Shown: positions 1 through 9,687, counted from the first letter of the stretch. The stretch: DNA of 64,000 nt from Clostridia bacterium (GCA_017531925.1 JAFXKD010000005.1:10817-74816), one strand, 5' to 3'. Notes: generated from the letters alone by a model not told the origin. Translations and numbers: made by a program.

Positions 1-166
1 CGGTAAGGATCGCAGGAACAAGGATAAACAGTATCAGGTATTGCCAGATAAGACAGTCCAAAAGTCCCGTAGGACCGGCAAGCACCCAAAAATACAAAAC
101 GGTGAATACAAACCATGCTGCGTAAACAATGCCTGAAATTATATTTAACTTTCTATACTCTCCCAT
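1..166 (-). CDS. Hypothetical integral membrane protein, N-terminal part only (runs off the window start)
   Basis: ATG at 166-164 is preceded by GGAGGTG (178-172). The frame is open to base 1. The translation MGEYRKLNIISGIVYAAWFVFTVLYFWVLAGPTGLLDCLIWQYLILFILVPAIL is strongly hydrophobic. It is absent from the ORF track because it is truncated. Confidence 0.4.
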   Translation of the reverse strand, partial: MGEYRKLNIISGIVYAAWFVFTVLYFWVLAGPTGLLDCLIWQYLILFILVPAILT

Positions 167-168
167 AA

Positions 169-273
169 TCACACCTCCAAAACATAATCTTCATCTCTTT
201 GTGGAAGCAAGGCATCTACCTCACCTACCGTTATTAACAAAAGCGAACATAACAAAACAATGTGTTTTTTCAT
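169..273 (-). CDS. Small 34-aa peptide MKKHIVLLCSLLLITVGEVDALLPQRDEDYVLEV (hydrophobic N-terminus, acidic C-terminus)
   Basis: ATG at 273-271 has GGAGGA (286-281) 7 nt upstream. TGA is at 171-169, 2 nt before the next ATG, whose SD lies in the last codons of this ORF. It is below the ORF-track size cutoff. Confidence 0.3.
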   Translation of the reverse strand: MKKHIVLLCSLLLITVGEVDALLPQRDEDYVLEV

Positions 274-305
274 AAATTTGTCCTCCTTTATTATTTGGTA
301 ATTAA

Positions 306-334
306 ATTATATCATTCTTCTATTTCTCTGTCAA
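306..334 (-). promoter_or_regulatory. Sigma-A type promoter for the small-peptide/membrane-protein pair
   Basis: Minus strand reads TTGACA (334-329), a 17-nt spacer, then TATAAT (311-306) with a TGn extension. Confidence 0.55.
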
Positions 335-343
335 TATGAACAA

Positions 344-374
344 GGGCAAACTGTCACATTTGACAATTTGCCCC
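344..374 (-). terminator. Hairpin after the ABC exporter pair
   Basis: gggcaaactgtca/tgacaatttgccc is an imperfect inverted repeat 25 nt downstream of the stop at 399. The T-run is weak. Confidence 0.4.
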
Positions 375-398
375 ATTGCGTTTTGTATATTGTTTATA

Positions 399-2285
399 TT
401 ATTTACCCGTAAGCTGCTGCTTCTGGTATTGAAGCATATAGAGATCATAATATCTTCCGCGCTTAGCGAGAAGCTCGAAGTGATTGCCCTGCTCTATTAT
501 CTCACCGTGCGAAAGAACGATGATATTATCCGCGTGCTGAATGGTTGAAAGTCTGTGCGCAACTATCAGCATCGTACCAATGTTCATCATCTTTTCAAGG
601 GAGTCCTGAATAAGAAGCTCGGTCTCCGTGTCGATATTCGCCGTAGCCTCGTCAAGTATCATAACACTTGGCTTGTGAATTATCGTTCTCGCAAAGGATA
701 GAAGCTGACGCTGTCCTGCGGAGAAGTTGTTACCCCTCTCGCGAACTTCCTCGTCGAGTCCGTCCTTGAGCCTGTCTATAAAGTGATCGGCATTTACGTA
801 TTTGCAAGCCGCCATTATCTCCTCGTCCGTAAAGCTGTCCTCACGAAGCACGATATTTGAGCGGATCGTTCCGGAGAAAAGGAATACGTCCTGAAGCATC
901 TGTCCGAAGTGACGGCGAAGCGAGGATATCTTGATATCCTTAATGTCGATTCCGTCAATAAGGATCTGTCCCTTCTGGATATCGTAATTTCTGCAGATAA
1001 GAGAAAGGATAGTTGTCTTTCCGCTTCCCGTAGATCCTACGAATGCAACGGTATCCTTAGCCTTTATCTTGAAGGACACGTCCTTAAGCACCCATTCCTC
1101 GCCCTCATAAGCGAACCATACGTTTTTAAATTCGATATTGCCTTCAACAGCTTCAAGCTCGATTGCGCCCTCGGTATCAACGACGTTTGGCGTCATATCC
1201 ATAATAGCGAAGATCTTTTCGGCAGAGGCAAACGCGCTCTGCAATCTGTTGAACTGGTCTGCAAGGTTCTGAATGGGATCGAAGAAGGTCTGTATATACA
1301 TATAGAACGAAACCACAACGTCCGCGCCTATCACCTGACCCAAGAAGCTGACCTCATCGATATAGCCCTTTGCCGAGAAATAGAAAAGGCAAAGAACGCT
1401 TGAAATATAGAGCATATAAATGATGGGACGGAATACGCTGAAAACGTATATCTGCTCCCTCATAGCCTTTCCGAGCTTGTTGTTCTTCTGCGCAAATTCC
1501 TTTTTCTTTCTCTGCTCCTGGTTGAAGATCTGAATGATCTTTATTCCCGAGAGGTTTTCGGAAAGGAAGGTATTGATATCCGTAGTACCGTCCTTAACTC
1601 TTCTGAAGGCTCTTCTTGAGAACTTTCTGAATATAAGAGTAAATACGAATATAAAGGGCACAAAGCAAAGCACCATAAGAGTGAGCGCATAGTTGAGCAT
1701 AAGCATTGCAACTACTATCGCGACCACAAGGAAGATGTTTTTGATAAGGTTAGTCAAAATCTGCGTGAACATCATCGAGATGGCGTTCGTATCGTTCGTA
1801 ACTCTCGTTACAAGCTTGCCCACGGGCATATGATTGAGCTGCGCGTAAGAAAGGCTCTCGATATGAGTGAACACGTCCTCTCTGAGTGCGGAGAGGATCT
1901 TCTGACCTATCTTCTGCAAAATAATTGCCTGGATATACTGGAATACGAGTGACGTAACAAGTATCACCGCGTATATCGCAATGTACATAACAAGGGTGTT
2001 TATCTCAAAATCGGTGTCAAGGAATTTGATGATAAAGCCCATAAGACGGGGCGAGATAACGCTGTACGCGATAGAAAACGCCATAAGAAGTCCAACGACT
2101 ATGAATTTTCCAATATGGGGCTTGGCATAACGAAGCAAACGCTTCATTATCTCCGTGTCCTTCATATTTCGCTCAAAGCCGATCTCTTCTTTTTTGTTTT
2201 TAATGGAAAAATAAGCAATACCGAAAATTATACTGAAAAGTCCTGCGATGCCGCCGACAAACAAAAGAGGAAAATATTCGTACAT
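399..2285 (-). CDS. ABC transporter, fused permease/ATP-binding subunit (type I exporter, MdlB/MsbA-like), partner 2 of a heterodimer
   Basis: Six-helix N-terminal TMD. Walker A GSTGSGKTT, signature FSAGQRQLLSFAR, Walker B MILDEATANID. I chose the ATG at 2285 (MYEYFPLL...) because it abuts the upstream stop at 2287-2289. Confidence 0.9.
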   Translation of the reverse strand: MYEYFPLLFVGGIAGLFSIIFGIAYFSIKNKKEEIGFERNMKDTEIMKRLLRYAKPHIGKFIVVGLLMAFSIAYSVISPRLMGFIIKFLDTDFEINTLVMYIAIYAVILVTSLVFQYIQAIILQKIGQKILSALREDVFTHIESLSYAQLNHMPVGKLVTRVTNDTNAISMMFTQILTNLIKNIFLVVAIVVAMLMLNYALTLMVLCFVPFIFVFTLIFRKFSRRAFRRVKDGTTDINTFLSENLSGIKIIQIFNQEQRKKKEFAQKNNKLGKAMREQIYVFSVFRPIIYMLYISSVLCLFYFSAKGYIDEVSFLGQVIGADVVVSFYMYIQTFFDPIQNLADQFNRLQSAFASAEKIFAIMDMTPNVVDTEGAIELEAVEGNIEFKNVWFAYEGEEWVLKDVSFKIKAKDTVAFVGSTGSGKTTILSLICRNYDIQKGQILIDGIDIKDIKISSLRRHFGQMLQDVFLFSGTIRSNIVLREDSFTDEEIMAACKYVNADHFIDRLKDGLDEEVRERGNNFSAGQRQLLSFARTIIHKPSVMILDEATANIDTETELLIQDSLEKMMNIGTMLIVAHRLSTIQHADNIIVLSHGEIIEQGNHFELLAKRGRYYDLYMLQYQKQQLTGK

Positions 2286-2286
2286 A

Positions 2287-4059
2287 CTACGCCCCCCTTT
2301 CCTCGTCAAGCTTCTGAAGCTCGACCATAAGCTTGTAATCGGGACAGGTCTCAATAAGATTTTCGTGCGTTCCGACTGCTACGATCCTGCCGTCGTCAAC
2401 GAACACTATCTTGTCCATCTTCTCAACCGTTGAGATCCTGTGCGCGATAAGGATAGTGGTCCTTCCGCGTCTGTTATCGCGAAGATTGTCTATAATGACC
2501 TTCTCCGTCTTGGTATCGACAGCGCTTACGGAGTCATCAAGAATAAGAATGGACGCCTCCTTCATAAGCGCACGGGCAATCGAAATTCTCTGCTTCTGTC
2601 CGCCCGAAACCGTAACTCCCCTCTCGCCAAGTATTGTCGCGTATTTTGCGGGGAATTCCGTAATGTTTTCGTGAACGTCCGAAAGCTTAGCGGCTCTTAC
2701 TACCTCGTCCGAGCTTGAAGCATCGCGCGAGAAAGCGATATTATTTTCAATAGTGTCGCTGAAAAGGAAATTATCCTGCGGAACGTAGGCGCAGAAATTT
2801 CTGAGCGTTTTTATTGGAATGGTGTTAACGTCCCTTCCATCTATAAACAGGGATCCGTCGGGTACATTATAAACTCTCAAAATAAGATCGACTATTGTCG
2901 TCTTACCGGAGCCCGTCTTACCGATTATACCAACGTTTTCACCCGCGTTGATCTTGAAGCTGACGTTTTCAAGAACATCATAATCACCGTCGGGATAAGC
3001 GAAATTGAGATTTCTGAACTCAATATCACCTCTTATATGATCTACCTGCTCAACTGATGCAGAGTCCTTAACGTCGGGCTTCGCGTCAAGCAGCTCGGAA
3101 ATTCTCTTGAGAGAGGCTTTTCCGCGGCTCGTCATATCAATAAGCATTGAAAGCGCCATAATGGGCCATACGATCGATGTAAAGTAACCGTAAAACTCTA
3201 TAAGCTCACCGACCTTGAAGTCGCCTCTGTAAACGAGGTATCCGCCGTAGCCGAGTATGATACATACAACGGACTGAACGAAGAACGTAACAGAAATGTG
3301 AAGCAAGGTAGAGATCTTTGTGAACTCAATATTTATATTCTCGTTCTCCTTGTTGAGCTTTTTGAATGCCCAAAGCTCCTTGAACTCCTTAACGAACGCC
3401 TTGATAACGGCTATGCCGGAGAAGTTTTCCTGAGTGAAATCTGAGAGTTGCGAGAATTTTTCCTGTCTCTGCTCCCATTTCTTCGTCATATACTTACCAA
3501 CAAAGGCTCCGACAGCGAAAAGCAAGAACATTGGAACGAATGCAAGAAGCGTAAGCAGAGGGTCGAGCTTTGACATCTTGTAAACTGCCATTCCCGTAAG
3601 AGCCACCGCGTCAACGAGCATAAGCGTGCCATCGCCGAAGCACTCGTTTATCTGGGAAAGGTCGTTCGTAAAGAGAGACATCATATTTCCGACCTTATTG
3701 ACCTGATAATACTGCTGTGAAAGATCCTTGCAGTGATCGAACATCCTCTCTCGAAGATCCGTCTCAACCTTGATCGCCGTACCGAACATACAGATTCTCC
3801 ACAGGAATCTGCCAAATGCTATCACCAATATCGTAAGTATCATCGGAGCGCAGATCCTGTCAAGTAAAAAGCCAAGATCAAATTTCAAAAGCTCCCCGCC
3901 CACTTCAACGTAGCCATCGTTAAGTCCCGTAATTATATGGTTATAAAATTCGGGTATCTTAAGCTGAAAAAAGTCAACGGCAACAAGCGCCGCAACACCG
4001 AGCAAAAGCGCGAAGAAGTGCTTGAAATAATACTTATTCACGTATTTTCCAAATACCAT
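2287..4059 (-). CDS. ABC transporter, fused permease/ATP-binding subunit (type I exporter), partner 1
   Basis: Walker A GKTGSGKTT, signature VSGGQKQRISIARA, Walker B ILILDDSVSAVD. ATG at 4059 (MVFGKYVNKYY...) has GGGAGGG 6 nt upstream. Confidence 0.9.
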   Translation of the reverse strand: MVFGKYVNKYYFKHFFALLLGVAALVAVDFFQLKIPEFYNHIITGLNDGYVEVGGELLKFDLGFLLDRICAPMILTILVIAFGRFLWRICMFGTAIKVETDLRERMFDHCKDLSQQYYQVNKVGNMMSLFTNDLSQINECFGDGTLMLVDAVALTGMAVYKMSKLDPLLTLLAFVPMFLLFAVGAFVGKYMTKKWEQRQEKFSQLSDFTQENFSGIAVIKAFVKEFKELWAFKKLNKENENINIEFTKISTLLHISVTFFVQSVVCIILGYGGYLVYRGDFKVGELIEFYGYFTSIVWPIMALSMLIDMTSRGKASLKRISELLDAKPDVKDSASVEQVDHIRGDIEFRNLNFAYPDGDYDVLENVSFKINAGENVGIIGKTGSGKTTIVDLILRVYNVPDGSLFIDGRDVNTIPIKTLRNFCAYVPQDNFLFSDTIENNIAFSRDASSSDEVVRAAKLSDVHENITEFPAKYATILGERGVTVSGGQKQRISIARALMKEASILILDDSVSAVDTKTEKVIIDNLRDNRRGRTTILIAHRISTVEKMDKIVFVDDGRIVAVGTHENLIETCPDYKLMVELQKLDEERGA

Positions 4060-4284
4060 AGCATTCCCTCCCTTACTAAAAAATCTAAATTTTATTGTAT
4101 CACATTTTTTTATTATGTGCAACTAAAAATTCAAAAAACATCTACATTTTTCTATATATTTTCATTTTGTTCATAAAATAAAAGCTTTTTCACCAATAAT
4201 TGATATTATTTTTGTCTTTTGCACTTGTTTCAGTGCAAAAAATGTGATAAAATAATTAAGTTAATTCATTTAAGGAGAAAAGAA

Positions 4285-5232
4285 ATGGATATATTCATAT
4301 ACGTTCTTATAGCAGTATTGGCAATAATTCTGTCAGCATCATATATATGCTTTTTTAAGGTCTTTCGAACTGCAAAAAGAAAAACGCTCGCCGCAGATGA
4401 ATACGATCTTCCTCCCGGCGAGATATACGAGCCATATTACCCCCAGATGCGAAAATGGGTTGATGAGATCCGTTCAATGAAGCGAGAGCTTTTTGAAATA
4501 GAGAGCTTCGATGGTTTAAAGCTCCGCGGCTACTATTACGAATACTCTCCCGATTCACCTCTCGAGCTAATATTTCACGGATACGGCGGAAATGCAGAGC
4601 GCGATCTTTCGGGCGGCGTTGAACGTTGCTTCGCTCTTGGCAGAAGCGCCGTTCTTATCGATCAGAGGGGCGCGGGAATGAGCGAGGGACGCATATGCTC
4701 CTTCGGCATAAACGAAAGGCGCGACTGCCTTGAATGGATAAAATTCGCTACGCGCAAATTCGGTAAAGAGCGTCCGATAATCATAGGCGGTGTATCAATG
4801 GGTGCCGCCACGGTTATGATGGCTGCAGGCGAGGACTTGCCAAGCAACGTAGTCTGCGTAATGGCGGATTGCGGCTATTCCTCTCCCAAGGAAATAATCA
4901 AAAAGGTGGTACGGGAGATGAAGCTTCCTTCCTCCATCGTCTACCCTTTCATCCGTCTTGGCGGTATGCTCTACGGCAAATTCGACATTGAAGAGACCTC
5001 ACCCATCAGTGCGGTAGCAAGATCGAAAACTCCAATAGTATATATCCACGGCGACACGGACGATTACGTTCCTCACTCTATGAGTGTTGAATGCTATGAA
5101 GCGACAAAATCACCCCGAAAGCTCGTAACCATAGAGGGCGCAGGACACGGCCTCGCCTTCCCCAAGGATCCCGAAAAATACGTTGAGTCCCTTCGTGAAT
5201 TTGAATCAGAGGCAAGGCTTTTCACCAAATAA
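4285..5232 (+). CDS. Alpha/beta-fold hydrolase with N-terminal membrane anchor
   Basis: ATG at 4285 follows AAGGAGA. One N-terminal TM helix. Nucleophile elbow GGVSMGA (GxSxG), then IHGDTDDYVP and GAGHG acid/His regions. Confidence 0.85.
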   Translation: MDIFIYVLIAVLAIILSASYICFFKVFRTAKRKTLAADEYDLPPGEIYEPYYPQMRKWVDEIRSMKRELFEIESFDGLKLRGYYYEYSPDSPLELIFHGYGGNAERDLSGGVERCFALGRSAVLIDQRGAGMSEGRICSFGINERRDCLEWIKFATRKFGKERPIIIGGVSMGAATVMMAAGEDLPSNVVCVMADCGYSSPKEIIKKVVREMKLPSSIVYPFIRLGGMLYGKFDIEETSPISAVARSKTPIVYIHGDTDDYVPHSMSVECYEATKSPRKLVTIEGAGHGLAFPKDPEKYVESLREFESEARLFTK

Positions 5233-5240
5233 AAATCAAA

Positions 5241-5270
5241 GGAGAATCCCGATGGGATTCTCCTTTTCAG
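5241..5270. terminator. Bidirectional rho-independent terminator between convergent genes
   Basis: ggagaatccc (5241-5250) / gggattctcc (5254-5263), a perfect 10-bp stem. It is flanked by an A-run and a T-run. Confidence 0.8.
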
Positions 5271-5278
5271 TTTATTTT

Positions 5279-7420
5279 TTATTCAAGAACGATATAGTAA
5301 AGATTTGTCGAATCAGCCTTGCTTATCGTGTGGCTTCCCGCCTCAAGCTCGACCGTTATGATATTTGTATCGCTCGTGTATTTCACTCCATCCACCTTAA
5401 CGCTTGCTCTGGGGTTGAAAACGAGGGTAAGCGTTCTTGCCTCCGTCAACGTAAACGTGATCGAAGTCTCGCTTTCAAGCTTCAAGCACTGAGTAAGGCT
5501 CTGACCGTCATAGCTGATAGTTCCCTTGCTTTTTGAAAGATTACCGTTTATCTTAAAGAAATCAGAGTTCTTTCCGCTCTCGTGGAAATTATGGATTATA
5601 GTGCCCTCGGGAGTGGGAGTAACCTCTGTGCCGCCCGTACTATCTCCACCTTCATTACCGCCACCGGTGCTGCCGCCGCTTGACGAATTTCCAACGTTCG
5701 TGGAAACGAGCGAGCTTCTGTAAGACCTGATCGCAGCCATGAGCTCAGCGTTTATCTCAAAGGATGAATCGTCCGCCTCGGTAAATTCCCACTTGAGATC
5801 TCCGCCCTGAACTCTTCCGGCATATGCCTTAACGGTAAGCATAGCATCCTGCGCGCTCTCTGCGTTGTAGGAATACATCGAGCTGTCCGTGTCAAAATTA
5901 CTGTATGTGTGTCCGCCCTTCTTCGAGCAGATGCTCTGGGGCAATACCTCATCCCTGCTTGAAGCAACGAATGCATCGTATTCTACCTTGTTGGACGCGC
6001 TGTAAGGAACGAACGTACCGCCAACGATGTAGTCGCCGAAGCTCTTGATAACGCCGCCGTCCTCACCAGAGAACGTGCCCTCTCCGTCACCGGCTATATC
6101 ACTTCCCTGCATCGACGTGAGCATGGGATATTTAGTATTTCTGAAGTAGTTAGCCTCGGATAATACCGAGCTTCCGCCGCCCGCGGCACCGATGCCGTAT
6201 TTTGAAACGCCGTCGTAGAAATTATTGTAAACGTGAACGTTCGCGTTTCTGACTCTGGGATGGCGCGAATCGGAATGATCGAACCAGTTGTGATGGTAGG
6301 TGATGTAATCTGCACTCGCTCCCGTAGAAGCATCAAGCAAGCAGCATTTGCCCGATTCAAAGAAATGGTTGAACGAAACGGTTATATATTGCGACTTCTT
6401 GATATCGAGCGAGCCGTCGCCCTTGTTCTGGTCGGAATCACTTCCCGCCTGACCGTAGAAGAAATCTATATTATGAAGCCAGAGGTTGCAGTTATCGGTG
6501 TCAACGGATATACCGTCGTCCTTAAAGTTCATAATACCGATATTGCGCATCTCAACGTTCTTGCAGTTCCTGATCAAAAATCCAAAGCCGTTAACGGTCG
6601 CATCGTTTCCAACACCCTCAATGGTGATATTCATATCGGTGTATGCACTTCTGCCCTTGATCTGAATTCCCTGGGCAGAGCTTGAAAAATGATCCACATC
6701 CGAAGCAGATATCATACCTATTATGCGGATACAAAGGATATCGCCGGAGGTATTTGCCTTTTGCTTTGCGTCAAGGATGGTCTGAAGTCCCGTCTGTGTC
6801 GCGCCGTTGACAGTAGCAGTCACTGTCTTTGCGTTGCCTGCGGTAACGTATATTACCTGTGCGCTCGCTTTGAGCGTTCCGTCGTCGTTATATGCACCGC
6901 TCGCGCTGCCGCCGACGAAGCCAAAGCCCTCCCTTACGTGTGCGACCGTCTCCTCGGTAAAGGAGGTGGCTGCTTCCGTAAGCTCCTCGCCGTTATGCAC
7001 GGGAACGATCTTTATCTCGTACTCACCTGCGGCAAGTCCAAGAATATCGCATCTGTAATACGAACCGTAATTTCTTATAAGCTCAGTATCGACGCGCTCA
7101 CCGTCGCAGTAAACGTTGTAATCTGTAATATTTGCATAGGGCTTCCACTCACAATAGATAGTCTCAAACGAATATCCCGTCAGAGTAACGTCGATATCGC
7201 CCTCAATAACGGGCGGATCGCCAGGCAGCTTTGAGGTAGTGCCGCCGGATGACGAGCTTGAAGAACTCGTCGAGCTACTCGTCGAGCTACTTGTAGATCC
7301 ACTCGTTGAGCTGCTTGTAGATCCACTCGTTGAACTGCCACCGGGCGTAAAGATCTCGCACGCGCTGAGCAATCCCAAGCATAGAGAAGCCAAAAGAATT
7401 ATAGCCAGAAATTTTTTCAT
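5279..7420 (-). CDS. Secreted pectate lyase (PL1-like) lipoprotein with Ser/Thr-rich linkers and extra N- and C-terminal beta-rich domains
   Basis: Signal peptide with lipobox LLSAC. Parallel beta-helix core with WLHNIDF, DGSLDIKK, ITYHHNWFDHSDSRHPRVRNANVHVYNNFYDG (the PL1 R-x-P-x-x-R and HvyNN pattern). Confidence 0.8.
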   Translation of the reverse strand: MKKFLAIILLASLCLGLLSACEIFTPGGSSTSGSTSSSTSGSTSSSTSSSTSSSSSSSGGTTSKLPGDPPVIEGDIDVTLTGYSFETIYCEWKPYANITDYNVYCDGERVDTELIRNYGSYYRCDILGLAAGEYEIKIVPVHNGEELTEAATSFTEETVAHVREGFGFVGGSASGAYNDDGTLKASAQVIYVTAGNAKTVTATVNGATQTGLQTILDAKQKANTSGDILCIRIIGMISASDVDHFSSSAQGIQIKGRSAYTDMNITIEGVGNDATVNGFGFLIRNCKNVEMRNIGIMNFKDDGISVDTDNCNLWLHNIDFFYGQAGSDSDQNKGDGSLDIKKSQYITVSFNHFFESGKCCLLDASTGASADYITYHHNWFDHSDSRHPRVRNANVHVYNNFYDGVSKYGIGAAGGGSSVLSEANYFRNTKYPMLTSMQGSDIAGDGEGTFSGEDGGVIKSFGDYIVGGTFVPYSASNKVEYDAFVASSRDEVLPQSICSKKGGHTYSNFDTDSSMYSYNAESAQDAMLTVKAYAGRVQGGDLKWEFTEADDSSFEINAELMAAIRSYRSSLVSTNVGNSSSGGSTGGGNEGGDSTGGTEVTPTPEGTIIHNFHESGKNSDFFKINGNLSKSKGTISYDGQSLTQCLKLESETSITFTLTEARTLTLVFNPRASVKVDGVKYTSDTNIITVELEAGSHTISKADSTNLYYIVLE

Positions 7421-7595
7421 AGTAAGATCCTTTCATAATTTTATGAACATCTATTTTTATTTTACATCATTTTAATCAAAATAGCAATACTTTTCGTAAT
7501 CAGAGCCCTCATTTCATTCATTTATCCAATTTTAAACCCGCTTTTTTGTATATAATAACAAAGATTCGCCCCTTTTTCAGAGGCGAATCTTAATT

Positions 7596-8387
7596 TTATT
7601 GATTTTCACAAAAAGGATCGTCAGAAAGCACAAGCTCACCGTTTTGAAGCTTGTAAACATCAAGCTCCAGATCTCTTTGAAGAGGAAGCTCCTTCATTTT
7701 TTCAAATCTGTCAAACGGGAGCGGATGCGCCCTGCCCTCTCTGATCTCCGTGATAAGCTCATCAATACTGAATACTTTTCTTTCAAGCGCAACGCCCGAT
7801 ACCTCCTCGCGATCGATGAGGGAGTGATTGTCCGTACCGCCCGTCATAGGAAGACCGAGATTTTTAGCGTATTCGTAAGCCTGCCTTGAATATACGTCCT
7901 TGTGACCTATATTGAGAACCTCTACCGCATCAACGTGATCAAGCGAAAGACGGATATCCGAGATATAATAGCACACTCTGAAGGGATGCGCCTGAATAAC
8001 GAAGCCGCCCGCCTGCCTTACAGTCTTAAAAAACGGCTCTCGCTTCATATCCCTGATCTCGGGATGCGCCTTCAACCATTCGGGAGAGATACCGAGAACG
8101 ATGTATTCGTCGTTTCCGTCCATAAACTTCTGCTCAAAGCCAAAGAAAACACTAAAGCCGTGCTTGTCGCCCTCGGCTTTAACTCTATCAAAGCTCTTAC
8201 AGTATTCGTCAATAAAAACGTCCCACGGGAGCTTGCGGTTAATCGCGGTGTTGCCGTAATAAAAATGATCGGTCACCACCATACCGGAATATCCGCGGTT
8301 CATATAGAATTTAATATATTCCTCAGGCTCAACGATCGAGCAAAGGCTTGATACGCATGTGTGCGCGTGCAATTCGTAGTAAAACAT
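7596..8387 (-). CDS. PHP-family metal-dependent phosphoesterase
   Basis: ATG at 8387 follows GGAGAAAAG. The N-terminal YELHAHTCVSS motif is typical of PHP domains. Later His/Asp motifs: VTDHF, QAHPFR, GGTDNH. Confidence 0.8.
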   Translation of the reverse strand: MFYYELHAHTCVSSLCSIVEPEEYIKFYMNRGYSGMVVTDHFYYGNTAINRKLPWDVFIDEYCKSFDRVKAEGDKHGFSVFFGFEQKFMDGNDEYIVLGISPEWLKAHPEIRDMKREPFFKTVRQAGGFVIQAHPFRVCYYISDIRLSLDHVDAVEVLNIGHKDVYSRQAYEYAKNLGLPMTGGTDNHSLIDREEVSGVALERKVFSIDELITEIREGRAHPLPFDRFEKMKELPLQRDLELDVYKLQNGELVLSDDPFCENQ

Positions 8388-8544
8388 CTTTTCTCCAATA
8401 AATAAATTTTCCTTAATTATACCCCCAAAATCGAAAAAAGTCAATAAATACACGTTTAAAAAATTCACAGTTGACAAAATCACCAAAACGTGATATAATA
8501 ACTTGTTAAAAATACATAGTAACTTAATTCAAGGAGATATAATC

Positions 8545-9420
8545 GTGAGATTTTTTGATCTTATCGGCGATAGCCTTTTAGATACGCTCAAGCTGTTGCC
8601 CTTCTTATTTTTGACCTATATACTTATGGAGTACCTCGAGCATCGCGCAGGAGGCTCCGCAGAGAAATTTCTTAAACGCTCGGGACAATTCGGCTCCGTT
8701 CTTGGAAGTGCGCTCGGCATCCTTCCCCAGTGCGGCTTTTCATCCGCCGCTGCGGGACTTTACAGCGCAAGAGTGATATCCATAGGCACGCTTATCGCGG
8801 TATTCCTTTCAACGAGCGACGAGATGGTTCCCATCTTCATCGTAAACGGAAACCTCACACTTATGATCAAGGTGCTTGCCGTAAAATTTGTGATCGCGCT
8901 CGTATCGGGCCTCGCTATCGACCTTATACTCAATGCGATATATAAGAAAAGAGGCGTAACTCCCACCCCCAATATCGAGGAGATCTGCGAAAGAGATAAC
9001 TGCCATTGTAAGCACGACATCTTAAAATCTGCGCTCGTCCACACGGGCAAGGTAACGCTCTTCATCTTCATTTTCAGCTTCGTGCTTAACTTCCTCGTTT
9101 ACTTCGTGGGTGAAAGCAATATCGCACTTCTCATTCTCAATAAGCCCGTCATAGCAAATATCCTCGCAGCCATCGTTGGACTCATCCCCAACTGCGCGTC
9201 AAGCGTAGTGATAAGCGAGCTTTTCCTTGACGGAATGCTCTCCGCAGGCGCACTCATTTCGGGACTCTTGGTAAACTCCGGCGTCGCCCTCGCAGTACTT
9301 TTCAGAGCCAACAGACCGAGAAAGAACACCCTCGCCATCATGGGAATACTCCTCGCTATCTCAATCGTTGCAGGAATCGTCATCGACCTCACTCCCCTCG
9401 GCACCTGGCTCGCAGTCTAA
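8545..9420 (+). CDS. Polytopic membrane protein, putative ion/metal permease (from memory it resembles the 10-TM ArsP_2-type putative permease family; unverified)
   Basis: GTG at 8545 lies 7 nt after AAGGAGA. About 8-10 hydrophobic helices. Motifs GILPQCGFSSAAAGLY and GLIPNCASSVV. Confidence 0.7.
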   Translation: MRFFDLIGDSLLDTLKLLPFLFLTYILMEYLEHRAGGSAEKFLKRSGQFGSVLGSALGILPQCGFSSAAAGLYSARVISIGTLIAVFLSTSDEMVPIFIVNGNLTLMIKVLAVKFVIALVSGLAIDLILNAIYKKRGVTPTPNIEEICERDNCHCKHDILKSALVHTGKVTLFIFIFSFVLNFLVYFVGESNIALLILNKPVIANILAAIVGLIPNCASSVVISELFLDGMLSAGALISGLLVNSGVALAVLFRANRPRKNTLAIMGILLAISIVAGIVIDLTPLGTWLAV

Positions 9421-9436
9421 TTAAATATCAAAATCA

Positions 9437-9467
9437 AAAGGCGTTCATCCGAACGCCTTTATTTTTT
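9437..9467 (+). terminator. Rho-independent terminator of the permease gene
   Basis: aaaggcgttc / gaacgccttt form a 10-bp stem with a 4-nt loop, followed by ATTTTTT. Confidence 0.85.
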
Positions 9468-9650
9468 CATCAATAATAATATAACCCCCACCGCAAGCGG
9501 CGTCAGGATACTGCCCCTACCTCTTCTTTCGTCATAGCAATGCTCACTTTTTTCCATTTCGGGCTCCGCAGACTGCTCCGCCCTCGGCACATTTCTCATT
9601 CCCTGCGCCGTGTTCTCCAAAATATGCCTTAAAACAGTATTCTTATCCAT
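9459..9650 (-). CDS. Small hypothetical protein (63 aa) with C-terminal hydrophobic helix
   Basis: ATG at 9650 has GGAGGTG 5 nt upstream. The C-terminus LTPLAVGVILLLMKK is TM-like. No recognisable family. Its 3' end overlaps the terminator of the convergent gene. Confidence 0.3.
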   Translation of the reverse strand: MDKNTVLRHILENTAQGMRNVPRAEQSAEPEMEKSEHCYDERRGRGSILTPLAVGVILLLMKK

Positions 9651-9687
9651 AAGCACCTCCGCATTCACTATCCATTATATTCTCACA

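Noticed and set aside
336-548. A plus-strand 70-aa ORF overlapping the 3' end of the ABC transporter gene.
   Set aside because: It overlaps the ABC stop region and the terminator hairpin, and has no SD. The same DNA is better explained by the minus-strand promoter and terminator.
5183-5536. A plus-strand 117-aa ORF running from the end of the hydrolase gene through the terminator into the pectate lyase gene.
   Set aside because: It crosses a perfect terminator hairpin and is antisense to a well-supported gene.
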